Made by a program: the position numbers and the translations under genes. Under the pieces are notes generated by a model. That model did no database searches. It saw only the letters and a program-made list of their open reading frames with translations, and was not told the DNA's origin. Of a DNA stretch of 60,018 nt, positions 46,098 to 55,449 are shown piece by piece; positions within the stretch are counted from its first letter, which is position 1; each line of letters starts with the position of its first letter. Source of the stretch: a virus (taxonomy: Duplodnaviria; Caudoviricetes); the IMG/VR virus record IMGVR_UViG_3300020083_000009, positions 1 through 60,018 of that record; one strand, given 5' to 3'.

Positions 46098-46810
46098 TCA
46101 GAAAGACCCTCCAAAACTACATCATTTTCTACACCAGTTACAGGGTTAGTAACTTTTGTTTTGTAGGAAAGTTTTGGCATGGTCTTAAAAAAGTTGTCTA
46201 CTTTTTTATACTGTTGAGGTGTTAACTTCTCAATGTAATCAATCAATTCCTTTTCAGTACAATCAGACGCTGCCCATGCAGTCTCCAAATTATAAACAGA
46301 ATCAATGCAGGATGAAATTAATTTGAAAGCACGATCAATATCACTAGAACTCTTCTTACTAAACTCAAAATTTTCTTCAATAAATTGGATTAACGACGGA
46401 TACTTCATTTTAATAAAGTATCCATTCTCCAAATCAACCGTATCAGTATGATCACTTGGAACTTCTACTTTAATTTCATCAACAAACATTGTGATTGGAA
46501 CTTGAGTAGCTTGATCATCTCCACAAGTAATTACCAGATCAATTGATTCTCCAATCGATTTTCCTCTGATGTTTAAAAACAAATATTCAATATCAAAGAT
46601 TGGAAGAGAGTCTATTTTAACTCCCTTAGTAACAATACAAGCATTAAGAACTTGTTTAATTGAATTAGAAATTTGCTTAATATCTTTTGACTCTACTGCC
46701 ATGATTAGAATCTTTTCTTCCTTCACAAGAAATGGTCTATATGTTATAGTCTTTCCGTTAGAAGGTAGTGTAAGCTCATACTGTGGCGCAGTCGGTTGTG
46801 GTAAAGGCAT
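46085..46810 (-). CDS. 26: baseplate hub assembly protein gp26
   Basis: MPLP...YELTLPS.GK.I.YRPFLVKEEKIL...FDIEYLFLNIRGKSIGE...EGL.DFF. Confidence 0.9.
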   Translation of the reverse strand: MPLPQPTAPQYELTLPSNGKTITYRPFLVKEEKILIMAVESKDIKQISNSIKQVLNACIVTKGVKIDSLPIFDIEYLFLNIRGKSIGESIDLVITCGDDQATQVPITMFVDEIKVEVPSDHTDTVDLENGYFIKMKYPSLIQFIEENFEFSKKSSSDIDRAFKLISSCIDSVYNLETAWAASDCTEKELIDYIEKLTPQQYKKVDNFFKTMPKLSYKTKVTNPVTGVENDVVLEGLSDFFN

Positions 46811-46843
46811 AATGTCCTAAAGTAACTTCAGTAAAATTATTTA

Positions 46844-47716
46844 TCAGGCTATGTTAGCATCAAAACCTGCGGTGTTTCCTATGACTTGATCAACTCCTCC
46901 AATGTTTAATGGTGGAGTTGTACTTGATGTAGTTTCACCAAGATTAGGAGGTGAAAAATTAAATGTCTTTAAATCTGGAAGTGTGATTGTAGTTCCAAAT
47001 TCTGGTTGTGAAGTATTAACAAAATATCTACTATAAACAAAGGTCACAGTATAACTTAAAACTGAAGTTCCTTCATAAGCAACAGCAGATGCTACAATAT
47101 TACTTGGATATGCTTTAACAAATTCGTAAGTTAAGGTTGATGAATTTTGAAGTTTATATGCGTTGTTTTTTGTTCCAGTTAGTTTTACTGTATTTAAATC
47201 TCTTTCAAATTTAGTAATGTAAATTGTTTGAGTATAATTATTTGGATACCTCATTCTAAAATAATCATTTTCATTTTTAGCTTCACTTGCTAGAAGTCCT
47301 TTATTAGTAACAGGGATTTCACCACCTTTGGTAGAGTATAGTGGTGTAATATAATTTGTCCACTCTTCAAAAAATTTAATAACTTGGTGATTAGAATCAA
47401 CGTAAAATGTTAAAGATAGTTCTGGATATTGTTTGAATATTGGATACTTCTCAAGAACTCCTTGACGATTTCCCATCACCTCAGTCATCTTTAAGTTTGT
47501 TCCAGGAAGAATTGCTGCGGAACATAGTAGTTCAATGCTTTCAATCGGATCTAAACCATCGCTATTTTGTGTAATATAAAGCCCAGTATTCTTTAACCAA
47601 CCAGTCAGTCCGCCCGAAATAGGAAATGCCACCTTATAAAAGGATGTCATTGCCACTTTAGAGAAAGTATTTTTTACACTATCAATTGGATAATAAAGCT
47701 TTTGGTTTGAGGACAT
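46844..47716 (-). CDS. tail-tube-like / gp54-like baseplate protein
   Basis: LLCSAAILPG...LTFYVD...FFEEW..YI...YEFVKAYP. Confidence 0.7.
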   Translation of the reverse strand: MSSNQKLYYPIDSVKNTFSKVAMTSFYKVAFPISGGLTGWLKNTGLYITQNSDGLDPIESIELLCSAAILPGTNLKMTEVMGNRQGVLEKYPIFKQYPELSLTFYVDSNHQVIKFFEEWTNYITPLYSTKGGEIPVTNKGLLASEAKNENDYFRMRYPNNYTQTIYITKFERDLNTVKLTGTKNNAYKLQNSSTLTYEFVKAYPSNIVASAVAYEGTSVLSYTVTFVYSRYFVNTSQPEFGTTITLPDLKTFNFSPPNLGETTSSTTPPLNIGGVDQVIGNTAGFDANIA

Positions 47717-47743
47717 TTCTAAATACTTTTAGTATTTTATACT

Positions 47744-48187
47744 ATGTATATGTATTATCAAGGGAAATTTACTCCCCAAAATTATAAGAAGTACAAAGGA
47801 AACCCAACGAATATTATCTATCGGTCTCTCTGGGAATTAAAATTCATGAAGTACTGTGATTTGAATACAAATATTCTTGAGTGGAATAGTGAGGAAGTAG
47901 TTATACCATACATATCTCCACTAGACAATTGTCGTCACAGATACTTTGTTGACTTCTGGGTTAAACTTAGAGAACAAACTGGTGAGGTAAGAACATACTT
48001 ATTTGAAATCAAACCAAAAAAATACACGCAACCACCAAATCAAAATCCAAAAAGAAAAACAAAGAAATGGGTGCAAGAAAATTATGAGTATGTGAAGAAT
48101 CAAGCCAAGTGGAAAGCAGCAAAAGAATATTGTGCGGATAGACTTATGGAATTTAAAGTTCTAACTGAAGAGGAATTAGGAATATGA
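47744..48187 (+). CDS. 4: head completion nuclease gp4
   Basis: YQGKF.PQN.KKYKGNPTNIIYRSLWE...HRYFVDF...EIKP...NQAKW. Confidence 0.9.
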   Translation: MYMYYQGKFTPQNYKKYKGNPTNIIYRSLWELKFMKYCDLNTNILEWNSEEVVIPYISPLDNCRHRYFVDFWVKLREQTGEVRTYLFEIKPKKYTQPPNQNPKRKTKKWVQENYEYVKNQAKWKAAKEYCADRLMEFKVLTEEELGI

Positions 48188-48708
48188 GTGGTAGACTCAA
48201 GGCTTCTGATGAGATCATGGCAAGAAAGATAAAAGAATTTAAAGGTAGGTTCGTATCTCAAGATTGGTATCGAAATGCCATGTTTGAAGCTTTGAGAAAT
48301 CAGCCACAAGAAGACTCTACAGATTTATCAGATACATTTGGGTTAGAAGTTGGAAAGTTTTATTTCTTTTCATACTCAGCAAAGTATCCAAATAGATATC
48401 CATACTGGGACAGATATCCCTTTGCACAAATTTTAGAAGTTAAAGGTGATGGAACAGTATTAGGTGCTAATGTTCATTATTTAAATCCAGCCTATCGTGG
48501 GGACATCGCTAAAAGTTGGCTAAATAGTTTAAATAGTGTGCCAGATGTTTGTTTACATACTTATATTGTAACTGGCATGAGTAGTATTGCAAGAGTTCCT
48601 GATGATGATATAGCTGGGTTATCAGGTAATCCATTTATTGTTGAATCTTTTGTTGATAAACGAGGGCAAAGAGTTTCACCAAGCAAAGTATGGGCAGGTA
48701 ACAAGTAA
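48184..48708 (+). CDS. 2: DNA end protector gp2-like protein
   Basis: GKFYFFSYSAK...YWDRYP...GANVHYL; position after gp4. Confidence 0.7.
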   Translation: MSGRLKASDEIMARKIKEFKGRFVSQDWYRNAMFEALRNQPQEDSTDLSDTFGLEVGKFYFFSYSAKYPNRYPYWDRYPFAQILEVKGDGTVLGANVHYLNPAYRGDIAKSWLNSLNSVPDVCLHTYIVTGMSSIARVPDDDIAGLSGNPFIVESFVDKRGQRVSPSKVWAGNK

Positions 48709-50135
48709 TGTCAGTACCACAAAAAAATGAAAAAGTTACAACTACCATTTCAACTGGTGGAAATCAATATCTTGTACAAGTAGCTAGTGACGGTCCAGAA
48801 AAAGGAAAAATTATGTCGGTTTACGACACTACAAATAATAGTCTTCTAAGTTACAATCAAGCTAATACATTATATCAAGCTAATCAATCACAATGGAATA
48901 CCAATATTAATAAAATTTTAAAAGCTAACAATACTGGAGCACCAGGAACTGCTCCAACTGTATCTGGTCTTTCTCCCGAAGCATTGTATACTAAACAGTA
49001 TAATCAAGACGTTAAAAGTTTAGGTGTAATTGATCCCACAGGTGGTGCTCTTCCATCAGATGTTGCAGCAACAATAGCACAGAATACAGCTTTAGATAAT
49101 TTAACGCCAAAAAATATTCCCAAACCACCCACAACAAAGGGTAAGATCTATGTCTTCCCATCAGACTTAAACGTTGGTAAAACTAATACAAAGGGAGCAA
49201 CGCCACAAGATTACATTAGAATTGGTGCTCTTCAATATACTCCACCAAATAAAGGTTTACTAAATGCTGGTGGAATTGATAAATCACTATTCATTTCACC
49301 ATCAATTGTTAAAAAGGGGTTAGCATCTTTCAATGCATCAATTCCAACTTACATGGAATTTATTGGTGAGATTGTTCTTCCAATGCCAATGTCAATTACT
49401 GACGGTGCAAAGGCAGAGTGGGGTGTATCCAAGATGAGTATGATGGGGGCAAGCCTGGCTGCAGCAATTTCTGGGGTGTATAATGAAGGTATTCTTGGTG
49501 GCACTGCTGCTATGGCAAATGCAATGGGAGTTGGTGGTGAACAAATGGCAGCTGCCGCATTAGGAAAATATGGATTTGAAGCATTATTATCATATACGGC
49601 TAATTCCCCTGGTGCTGCTGAAGCTTTTAAAGCAGATTTAACTGCTCAACTTGTAAGTAAAGTATCAAGCACTCCAGTTAATGCTGGAGATCTTTTAACC
49701 AGATCCACTGGTGCAGCAGTAAACCCAAATGCAGAATTGCTTTTCAGAGCACCCTCATTAAGAACATTTGACATGCAGTGGAAGCTAGCCCCCAGATCTG
49801 AAAATGAAGCCTCACAAATTAGAAAGATTATAAGGTTTTTGAAAATAAATATGTTGCCAACAATCCCTCAATATGGAGCTGCTCTTTTACAATCACCTAA
49901 TGTATTTGTACTTCGTTATGAAAAATCTAACGGATCACAAAACGCCAGTTTGCCCAAACCAAAACTATGTGCATTAGGTCAAGTTGTAGCAAACCATACT
50001 CCAGATGGTATTGGTTGGGCATCGTATAATGATTCTCATCCCGTGGCAACGACTTTACAAATGTCTTTCCTTGAACTAACCCCACTTCTTTCTAATGATT
50101 TTAGTGGAATTCCCGAAGACGACGTAGGACTCTAA
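48708..50135 (+). CDS. 48: baseplate tail-tube cap gp48
   Basis: LPMP.SITD...NPNAELLF.AP.LRTF...L.PRSE.EA...FLELTP. Confidence 0.85.
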   Translation: MSVPQKNEKVTTTISTGGNQYLVQVASDGPEKGKIMSVYDTTNNSLLSYNQANTLYQANQSQWNTNINKILKANNTGAPGTAPTVSGLSPEALYTKQYNQDVKSLGVIDPTGGALPSDVAATIAQNTALDNLTPKNIPKPPTTKGKIYVFPSDLNVGKTNTKGATPQDYIRIGALQYTPPNKGLLNAGGIDKSLFISPSIVKKGLASFNASIPTYMEFIGEIVLPMPMSITDGAKAEWGVSKMSMMGASLAAAISGVYNEGILGGTAAMANAMGVGGEQMAAAALGKYGFEALLSYTANSPGAAEAFKADLTAQLVSKVSSTPVNAGDLLTRSTGAAVNPNAELLFRAPSLRTFDMQWKLAPRSENEASQIRKIIRFLKINMLPTIPQYGAALLQSPNVFVLRYEKSNGSQNASLPKPKLCALGQVVANHTPDGIGWASYNDSHPVATTLQMSFLELTPLLSNDFSGIPEDDVGL

Positions 50136-50800
50136 TGGCTTATTTTAGAAGGTTACCCAATGTAATTTATCCTGTTCAACAGGGAGAGAAAAATTTCTCA
50201 CACGATTACAGTACAATTAAGAATTTTTTTAGAAGACCTTTCATACCAGCTGATCTTTTAAAAATTTATGGAGCATTTGAAGATTATCAAATTCAAGGTG
50301 ATGAACGTCCAGATAATGTTTCTCAAAACTTTTATGGCAGTCCTGAGTATGATTGGGTAATCTTTCTTGCAAACAATATTCAGAATGTAAGAACGGATTG
50401 GCCCATGACACAATCAGATCTCAATAAATTTTTATTCACAAAGTATACCGAAGCCCAGTTGTCAGAAATACATCACTATGAAACTACCGAGGTAAAGAAT
50501 TCTTTAGGGCACGTCATTTTAAAAGCAGGAATTAGAGTCAAGAGTGATTTTACTTTTCAGTATACTGAATTCGTTGCTGGCAATACAGTGATTAAAAACC
50601 ATGTTCCAGTTAGAGACGTAACTAATTATGAATATGAGTTACTTTTAAATGATCAAAAAAGATCTATTGTATTAATACGTCAAGAATTTATCAGGACAAT
50701 AGAGGTTGATGCAAATACCATTCTAAGATATAAACCATCATCATCATACATCGACCCAACTACAATTAAAGTTGCTGATCAGTGCATTCCTCCGATGTAA
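50135..50800 (+). CDS. 53: baseplate wedge gp53
   Basis: YFRRLPN..Y...GDERPD.V...YG...YDWVI...WP...IHHYET. Confidence 0.9.
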   Translation: MAYFRRLPNVIYPVQQGEKNFSHDYSTIKNFFRRPFIPADLLKIYGAFEDYQIQGDERPDNVSQNFYGSPEYDWVIFLANNIQNVRTDWPMTQSDLNKFLFTKYTEAQLSEIHHYETTEVKNSLGHVILKAGIRVKSDFTFQYTEFVAGNTVIKNHVPVRDVTNYEYELLLNDQKRSIVLIRQEFIRTIEVDANTILRYKPSSSYIDPTTIKVADQCIPPM

Positions 50801-50825
50801 AAAAACCCCTCCCGAAGGAGGGGTT
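50799..50825 (-). terminator. intrinsic terminator with cUUCGg loop between convergent genes
   Basis: AACCCCTCC-TTCG-GGAGGGGTT followed by T-run on the minus strand. Confidence 0.9.
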
Positions 50826-50832
50826 CTAATTA

Positions 50833-51738
50833 TCACTCGTCTACGAGACTTTGGAAATAGCTGAGAGCATCATCCTCTTCACCACTGGCGGAAGAAGAAA
50901 AACTATTCAGCTCTTTCTTGAGATTATCAGGAACTGCAGGTGCCCGATAATCATCCTCATCTTCAAAAGATTCATCAACAACTTCTGATTTGCGGGAAGG
51001 AATTTTGCCAAGAACAGTATCAAGACGGGTCTTCAACTGTTCATAAGACTTGAACTTATCAGCAGAAACAAATTCTACAAGAGAGTACTGTTTCTTCCAG
51101 ATTGCTTCTAGTGCTTCGTCATCCTTCAGCAGTGGCGAGGGGAGGGCAAATTCACTGGAATCATAGTTCCAATAACCTGCAACCTTCTTGATCTTCAGTT
51201 TGAAGTCAGCCCCATCCCAAAAATCAAAGGGGTTGATAGCGGATTCATCTTCAAACTCAGGTTGCATTGCTGCTTGAATCTTGTCAAAGATTTTCTTACC
51301 ATACTTAAAGAGAAACACTTTACCCTCGTTATGAGGATTGGAGGGATCTTTCACAACATAAATGTTGCTGTAGTAAGACATTTTACGCTTACGACCACGG
51401 GCGATTTCTTTGTTTGCATCGCTACCGCTGTTCCAAAGTTCGCTGTTGGCTTCGCAAACAGGGCACTTTGCATTGATGCTGGTGAGGCAATTATCAATCA
51501 ACCAACCACCAGTTCCCTGGAAAGCGTGGTTATAGATCTTAACCCAGGGAAGCTCTTCCCCCTCGGGAGCAGGAAGAAAACGAATGACTGCATAGCCATT
51601 ACCTGCTTTATCAACTTCTGGTTTCCACAGACGGTCATCAGAAGAGGAGCTTACTGTGTTAAGTTTTTCGACTTCCTTCACCAATTTGGCAGTGAGGGAG
51701 CCGAGTTTGGATTGTTTCTTAAGATCTAAAAAGGACAT
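50833..51738 (-). CDS. 32: single-stranded DNA-binding protein gp32
   Basis: DDRLWKPEVDKAGNGYAVIRFLP...NCLT...CPVCE...FKLKI...NYD.SEF; acidic tail. Confidence 0.97.
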   Translation of the reverse strand: MSFLDLKKQSKLGSLTAKLVKEVEKLNTVSSSSDDRLWKPEVDKAGNGYAVIRFLPAPEGEELPWVKIYNHAFQGTGGWLIDNCLTSINAKCPVCEANSELWNSGSDANKEIARGRKRKMSYYSNIYVVKDPSNPHNEGKVFLFKYGKKIFDKIQAAMQPEFEDESAINPFDFWDGADFKLKIKKVAGYWNYDSSEFALPSPLLKDDEALEAIWKKQYSLVEFVSADKFKSYEQLKTRLDTVLGKIPSRKSEVVDESFEDEDDYRAPAVPDNLKKELNSFSSSASGEEDDALSYFQSLVDE

Positions 51739-51776
51739 ACGGATAAATCGGATAAGTTGGATGTATATACGGATAG

Positions 51777-51805
51777 ATTCTAACAGATGTTAGTTCGTTT
51801 GTCAA
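51777..51805 (-). promoter_or_regulatory. sigma70-like promoter of gene 32
   Basis: TTGACA-N17-TAGAAT. Confidence 0.7.
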
Positions 51806-51808
51806 GCA

Positions 51809-52045
51809 TCAGCGAGCTGTTTTTGTTGGAATCGAAGATGCCTTAGTTTCCTCAGGTGGGGTTTCAGCTGGTGCATCTTTTTGTTCAAGTGTAACACCTG
51901 TGCCTTGCAGATATTCAATGATACCAGACAGCTTGGTAGCCATATCTCTACGTTGAGTGAGCTGTGCCTCAATTTCACGAATTTCAGCAACTGTTTTTTG
52001 CAAATTCTCATAACAAGTTTTGAGATGTTGTTGTTGTTCAGTCAT
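51809..52045 (-). CDS. coiled-coil hypothetical protein
   Basis: MTEQQQHL...KLSGIIEYL. Confidence 0.75.
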   Translation of the reverse strand: MTEQQQHLKTCYENLQKTVAEIREIEAQLTQRRDMATKLSGIIEYLQGTGVTLEQKDAPAETPPEETKASSIPTKTAR

Positions 52046-52634
52046 GGATTAGTGTCTCCTTCAAAATTTTTTTGTAAGATTTTACATCAATGTTAATAAA
52101 TGGTTTATACTTCTTGATCCTCATACTATAAGTTTCCCAAATGGGATCCACCAGATTCGCATCAAATTTTTGAACATAATTAAAAACATGATCAAGAATA
52201 ACCATTGTTTCAATAGACACTGTATTTATAATGTGCTGTTTAAGCAAGATTGGGTGATTACCCATCTTACATGCAAACACATCTTTGAAATTAAATTCAG
52301 AAAACAGTGTCTCTATTTCTTGCTTAAAGTTATAACTTAAACTTTGAATGCGTTTACTCCATCGATCATAATATTGATCACCACAATTGATGATTTCTCT
52401 GATCCATATTTTTTGAGAATCATCACACTCAATAAAACTAGCAAGAAAATAATTTGTTATCTCATCATCACTTTTTTGTCTAGACATCTTTTCAAAAAAG
52501 TAACGATCATTTCTTTTATAAAATGCTTCTGCTGATGCTTTACTTTTTCCGTGATATTTAAAATAATCAAATTTACTTTTAGAAAAATGATTTTTAAATG
52601 CTAGGTATGTTCTATAGCAGTCAATAGCATTCAT
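52038..52634 (-). CDS. 59: helicase loader gp59
   Basis: Y.TYLAFKNHF...FDYFKY.GK...F.KR.DRYFFEK...KYKPF. Confidence 0.9.
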   Translation of the reverse strand: MNAIDCYRTYLAFKNHFSKSKFDYFKYHGKSKASAEAFYKRNDRYFFEKMSRQKSDDEITNYFLASFIECDDSQKIWIREIINCGDQYYDRWSKRIQSLSYNFKQEIETLFSEFNFKDVFACKMGNHPILLKQHIINTVSIETMVILDHVFNYVQKFDANLVDPIWETYSMRIKKYKPFINIDVKSYKKILKETLIHD

Positions 52635-52891
52635 AAAGGAAGTTTTGCTTTAGATGATTTACGAAGACAGTTTAATTGAATTGCTTCACATCTAATTCTT
52701 TCTTTTAATGGTTTTGATAAAAGTTTAGGCACAGATTCAATTTCAAGATTGTTTTCTTCACAATACTGTACGATTGCTTCAATGTAAGTTAATCTATCAG
52801 ATCTAACTATACTTTCAATTTCACTTGAAAATTTACTCTGACTTAAAAATTTATCGTTCAGCGCCGTTTGAACGTTAGTTAGTGTTTCCAT
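52631..52891 (-). CDS. 33: late transcription coactivator gp33
   Basis: KFSSEIE.IV...YIEAIVQYCEEN.LEIESVPKLLSKPLKE. Confidence 0.9.
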   Translation of the reverse strand: METLTNVQTALNDKFLSQSKFSSEIESIVRSDRLTYIEAIVQYCEENNLEIESVPKLLSKPLKERIRCEAIQLNCLRKSSKAKLPL

Positions 52892-53555
52892 TTGATTCCA
52901 ATTTATCGTGAACAAATTGTTTGATATACTGAATCAAAAGTTCTATGTAGTCCCCTTTGTTCCTTTTATCAAAGACTTTAACCTCACCATCAGGTGTTAC
53001 CATAATGGTGATAAGTTTTTTAACAGGAATTTGTTTAAGTTCATAATACATGCAAGCATAAGCAACCTCTTGAACAAAGTATTGCTGAATCCAGGCTTCT
53101 GGTTTAATACTTTTAGAGGTCTTGAAGTCAATGATTGCTAATTCTCCATCATATTCAGCAATGCAATCTACTCGTCCAGCGATGCCAAGCACATCACTAT
53201 ACATCGATCTTTCGATTGCGTGAATATTGTTTATCCTATCTATATAGGGCTTGGCAGCAAGGAACATATAGTATGCTAGGGAATCATAACTTACATCTTC
53301 TTTCAGATTATTCTCAAGATAGTCTTGACAAATTTCGTGAAAGTTAGTTCCCCTAGTTGTAGATTCCTTGGTGATCCGATTTGCTTCCTCATCACCCACA
53401 CGTTCACGCCACTCCTTAAAGACCTGACGATTATAGTGTGAGGTTACAGAGGTAATAGATGGATATAAAGAACCTTCTGGAGTCGGATAATACCGAACTC
53501 CGTCAATGCTGCGGCTTGCCATTTCTGGAAAGTCAATTTCAAGATGAGTAAACAT
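52875..53555 (-). CDS. PD-(D/E)xK exonuclease (Cas4/RecB-like phage exo)
   Basis: YPSITSV...RGT.FH...AGRVDCIAEYDGELAIIDFKTS...Q..AY. Confidence 0.9.
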   Translation of the reverse strand: MFTHLEIDFPEMASRSIDGVRYYPTPEGSLYPSITSVTSHYNRQVFKEWRERVGDEEANRITKESTTRGTNFHEICQDYLENNLKEDVSYDSLAYYMFLAAKPYIDRINNIHAIERSMYSDVLGIAGRVDCIAEYDGELAIIDFKTSKSIKPEAWIQQYFVQEVAYACMYYELKQIPVKKLITIMVTPDGEVKVFDKRNKGDYIELLIQYIKQFVHDKLESNGNTN

Positions 53556-54304
53556 TAGAATCCCAAATTCAGTTTATTAACGATATAAGATTTAACCAAA
53601 CCTGAACGAACAATATCCTCTACACCAAATTCAATACAATCAAATTCAGGCATGGCATGTAGAATCTTTGTGAAATCAAGGATTCCATTGCGTTCATAAG
53701 TCTTAGTCAAATCAGATTGTGTGGCATCACCACAGAACATGATCTTACAGTTTTCACCAACCCTAGTAATTATACTATCAAGTTCGTGAAAATTCAAGTT
53801 CTGGCATTCATCAATTAGAAGAATCGAATTGTCAAATGTCGTACCACGGATGAAGGATGTTGACCAAAAGCTGATGGTTTCTTGTCCTTTTAAATTTGCA
53901 TAGAGCATATCAAAGGAAGGATCATCGGGCATTTCAAACATATACTTTACCATATTCTTATAAGGAATTTGATAAAGTGCTGACTTGTCATCATGATCAC
54001 CAGGAAGAAAGCCAATCTCTCTTGTTGCTACCAACGACCTTACAATGTAAAGTTTTTCATAAGGTGTGGTAGGATCCAACACATCACGAAGAGTAAGGTA
54101 AAGGGTAACAAATGTCTTACCAGTACCTGCGGCACCATAAGCAAAGATGTTTTTACCTTCACCATAAGAAGCGAATAGACGCTTCTGGTTATCCGTCATC
54201 GGATCAATGTCTAAAAGAAAATCATCATTGATGGGCTTCTTACGACGAAGTTGTTTGGCACTCATACCAATACCAACTTGAGAGATTTGCTTTTTTCTTG
54301 CCAT
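53555..54304 (-). CDS. phoH: PhoH-like ATPase
   Basis: GAAGTGKT, REIGFLPG, RGTTF, DECQN, GDATQSD. Confidence 0.95.
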   Translation of the reverse strand: MARKKQISQVGIGMSAKQLRRKKPINDDFLLDIDPMTDNQKRLFASYGEGKNIFAYGAAGTGKTFVTLYLTLRDVLDPTTPYEKLYIVRSLVATREIGFLPGDHDDKSALYQIPYKNMVKYMFEMPDDPSFDMLYANLKGQETISFWSTSFIRGTTFDNSILLIDECQNLNFHELDSIITRVGENCKIMFCGDATQSDLTKTYERNGILDFTKILHAMPEFDCIEFGVEDIVRSGLVKSYIVNKLNLGF

Positions 54305-54308
54305 TTAA

Positions 54309-54548
54309 TTACTTGTAAGGTTTGACTACAGATCCAGGAACTTTGGATACTCGATGAAGAACTTCGTTCCATCCACCATCAGTTTTGTTTTGAAAATCAC
54401 CAATGCCGCTTACAGCACTAGCAGTTCCAGCAGACCAGTCTTTATCCCAGTCTGGATTTTCTTTTCTCCACTTATCATATTCCGCCATAGGCATGAATAG
54501 TTCTTGTTTTTCACCAGTCACTTTGTTGACTACAGGATATGTTGGCAT
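54309..54548 (-). CDS. conserved hypothetical protein (MPTY family)
   Basis: MPTYPVVN..TGE...GWNEVL.RV.KVPG. Confidence 0.8.
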   Translation of the reverse strand: MPTYPVVNKVTGEKQELFMPMAEYDKWRKENPDWDKDWSAGTASAVSGIGDFQNKTDGGWNEVLHRVSKVPGSVVKPYK

Positions 54549-54556
54549 AAATCCTC

Positions 54557-55252
54557 CTATTCGATTGTGATTGCCGATTGATCATTACACGTCCATTCAA
54601 GTGCTTCAGCAATTGTTGGAAATTGGTTTACAAAAACACAACGACATTCTTCTGCAATCTGCATATGTTCTTTTTGTGTGCCATGTGCAGATCGAAGATT
54701 AATATAATGAACCCATGATCTTACAGAGCCTGTCATATAAATTTTTGTAGGCGTTGCAATAGGAAGAACAAATCGAGCAGACTCTTTTGCAATACCATCT
54801 TTAATCATATCATCATACAAACTTTTTGCACGATTAAAATGATAAGTAATTCGTGAATGATATTCAGCAATCAATTCTGCAGGAAGATCGTCAATAGAAT
54901 TTTGACGATTCTTTGTATCCTGCCGTCGAAGTTCTGGAATCTCAATCTCATCAGTTAATAAACTAGTGTCTGCATAACGTTGAGAAAATTCTTGGAACGT
55001 AAAAGATCTATGACGAAGAATCTGAGCAGCAATACCTCTGGTTGTATTGATTTCAAGAGTCATATATGCCTGTTCAAAAATTGACCAGTGTTCATGCTTG
55101 ATGCAGTACTTAAGAAGTCCTGCTGCTGTTCCAAAATTAAGTTGATTGTTTGGATTACTTACACGAGCAATGTAAGAAATAACTTCTTGTGCATTACTGT
55201 TAATAAGTTCTCCAGCACCTTGAGTAATTGCAATCAATTTAACATTATTCAT
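54557..55252 (-). CDS. thyX: flavin-dependent thymidylate synthase
   Basis: ARVSNP, HWSIFE, QILRHRSFTFQEFSQRY, HGTQKEH. Confidence 0.95.
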   Translation of the reverse strand: MNNVKLIAITQGAGELINSNAQEVISYIARVSNPNNQLNFGTAAGLLKYCIKHEHWSIFEQAYMTLEINTTRGIAAQILRHRSFTFQEFSQRYADTSLLTDEIEIPELRRQDTKNRQNSIDDLPAELIAEYHSRITYHFNRAKSLYDDMIKDGIAKESARFVLPIATPTKIYMTGSVRSWVHYINLRSAHGTQKEHMQIAEECRCVFVNQFPTIAEALEWTCNDQSAITIE

Positions 55253-55397
55253 CTGGTTCACCTTTCATATGCAATAATTTAATAGCTTGATTTGCAAGCC
55301 GTTTAGCTTTACGAAGATAGCGTAGTTCTTCCTCTTCGTACATCCAAGGTTGCTTCAAAGCTTTTTTTGAAAGTTTCTTTGTATCTTGAAATCTCAT
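55245..55397 (-). CDS. small basic hypothetical protein (50 aa)
   Basis: MRFQDTKKLSKKALKQPWMY.EEELRY, hand-translated. Confidence 0.7.
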   Translation of the reverse strand: MRFQDTKKLSKKALKQPWMYEEEELRYLRKAKRLANQAIKLLHMKGEPDE

Positions 55398-55410
55398 AGA
55401 GATAGAAATA

Positions 55411-55448
55411 GACTCTAATATTATAGCCTAGAGTCTTGAATTTGTCAA
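55411..55448 (-). promoter_or_regulatory. sigma70-like promoter with -10 box inside an inverted repeat
   Basis: TTGACA-N17-TATAAT; GACTCTA...TAGAGTC flanks the -10. Confidence 0.8.
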
Positions 55449-55449
55449 G

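Noticed and set aside
52875-53555. Cas4-like nuclease as a sign of a CRISPR system
   Set aside because: Standard core exonuclease between phoH and gene 33; no array or other cas genes
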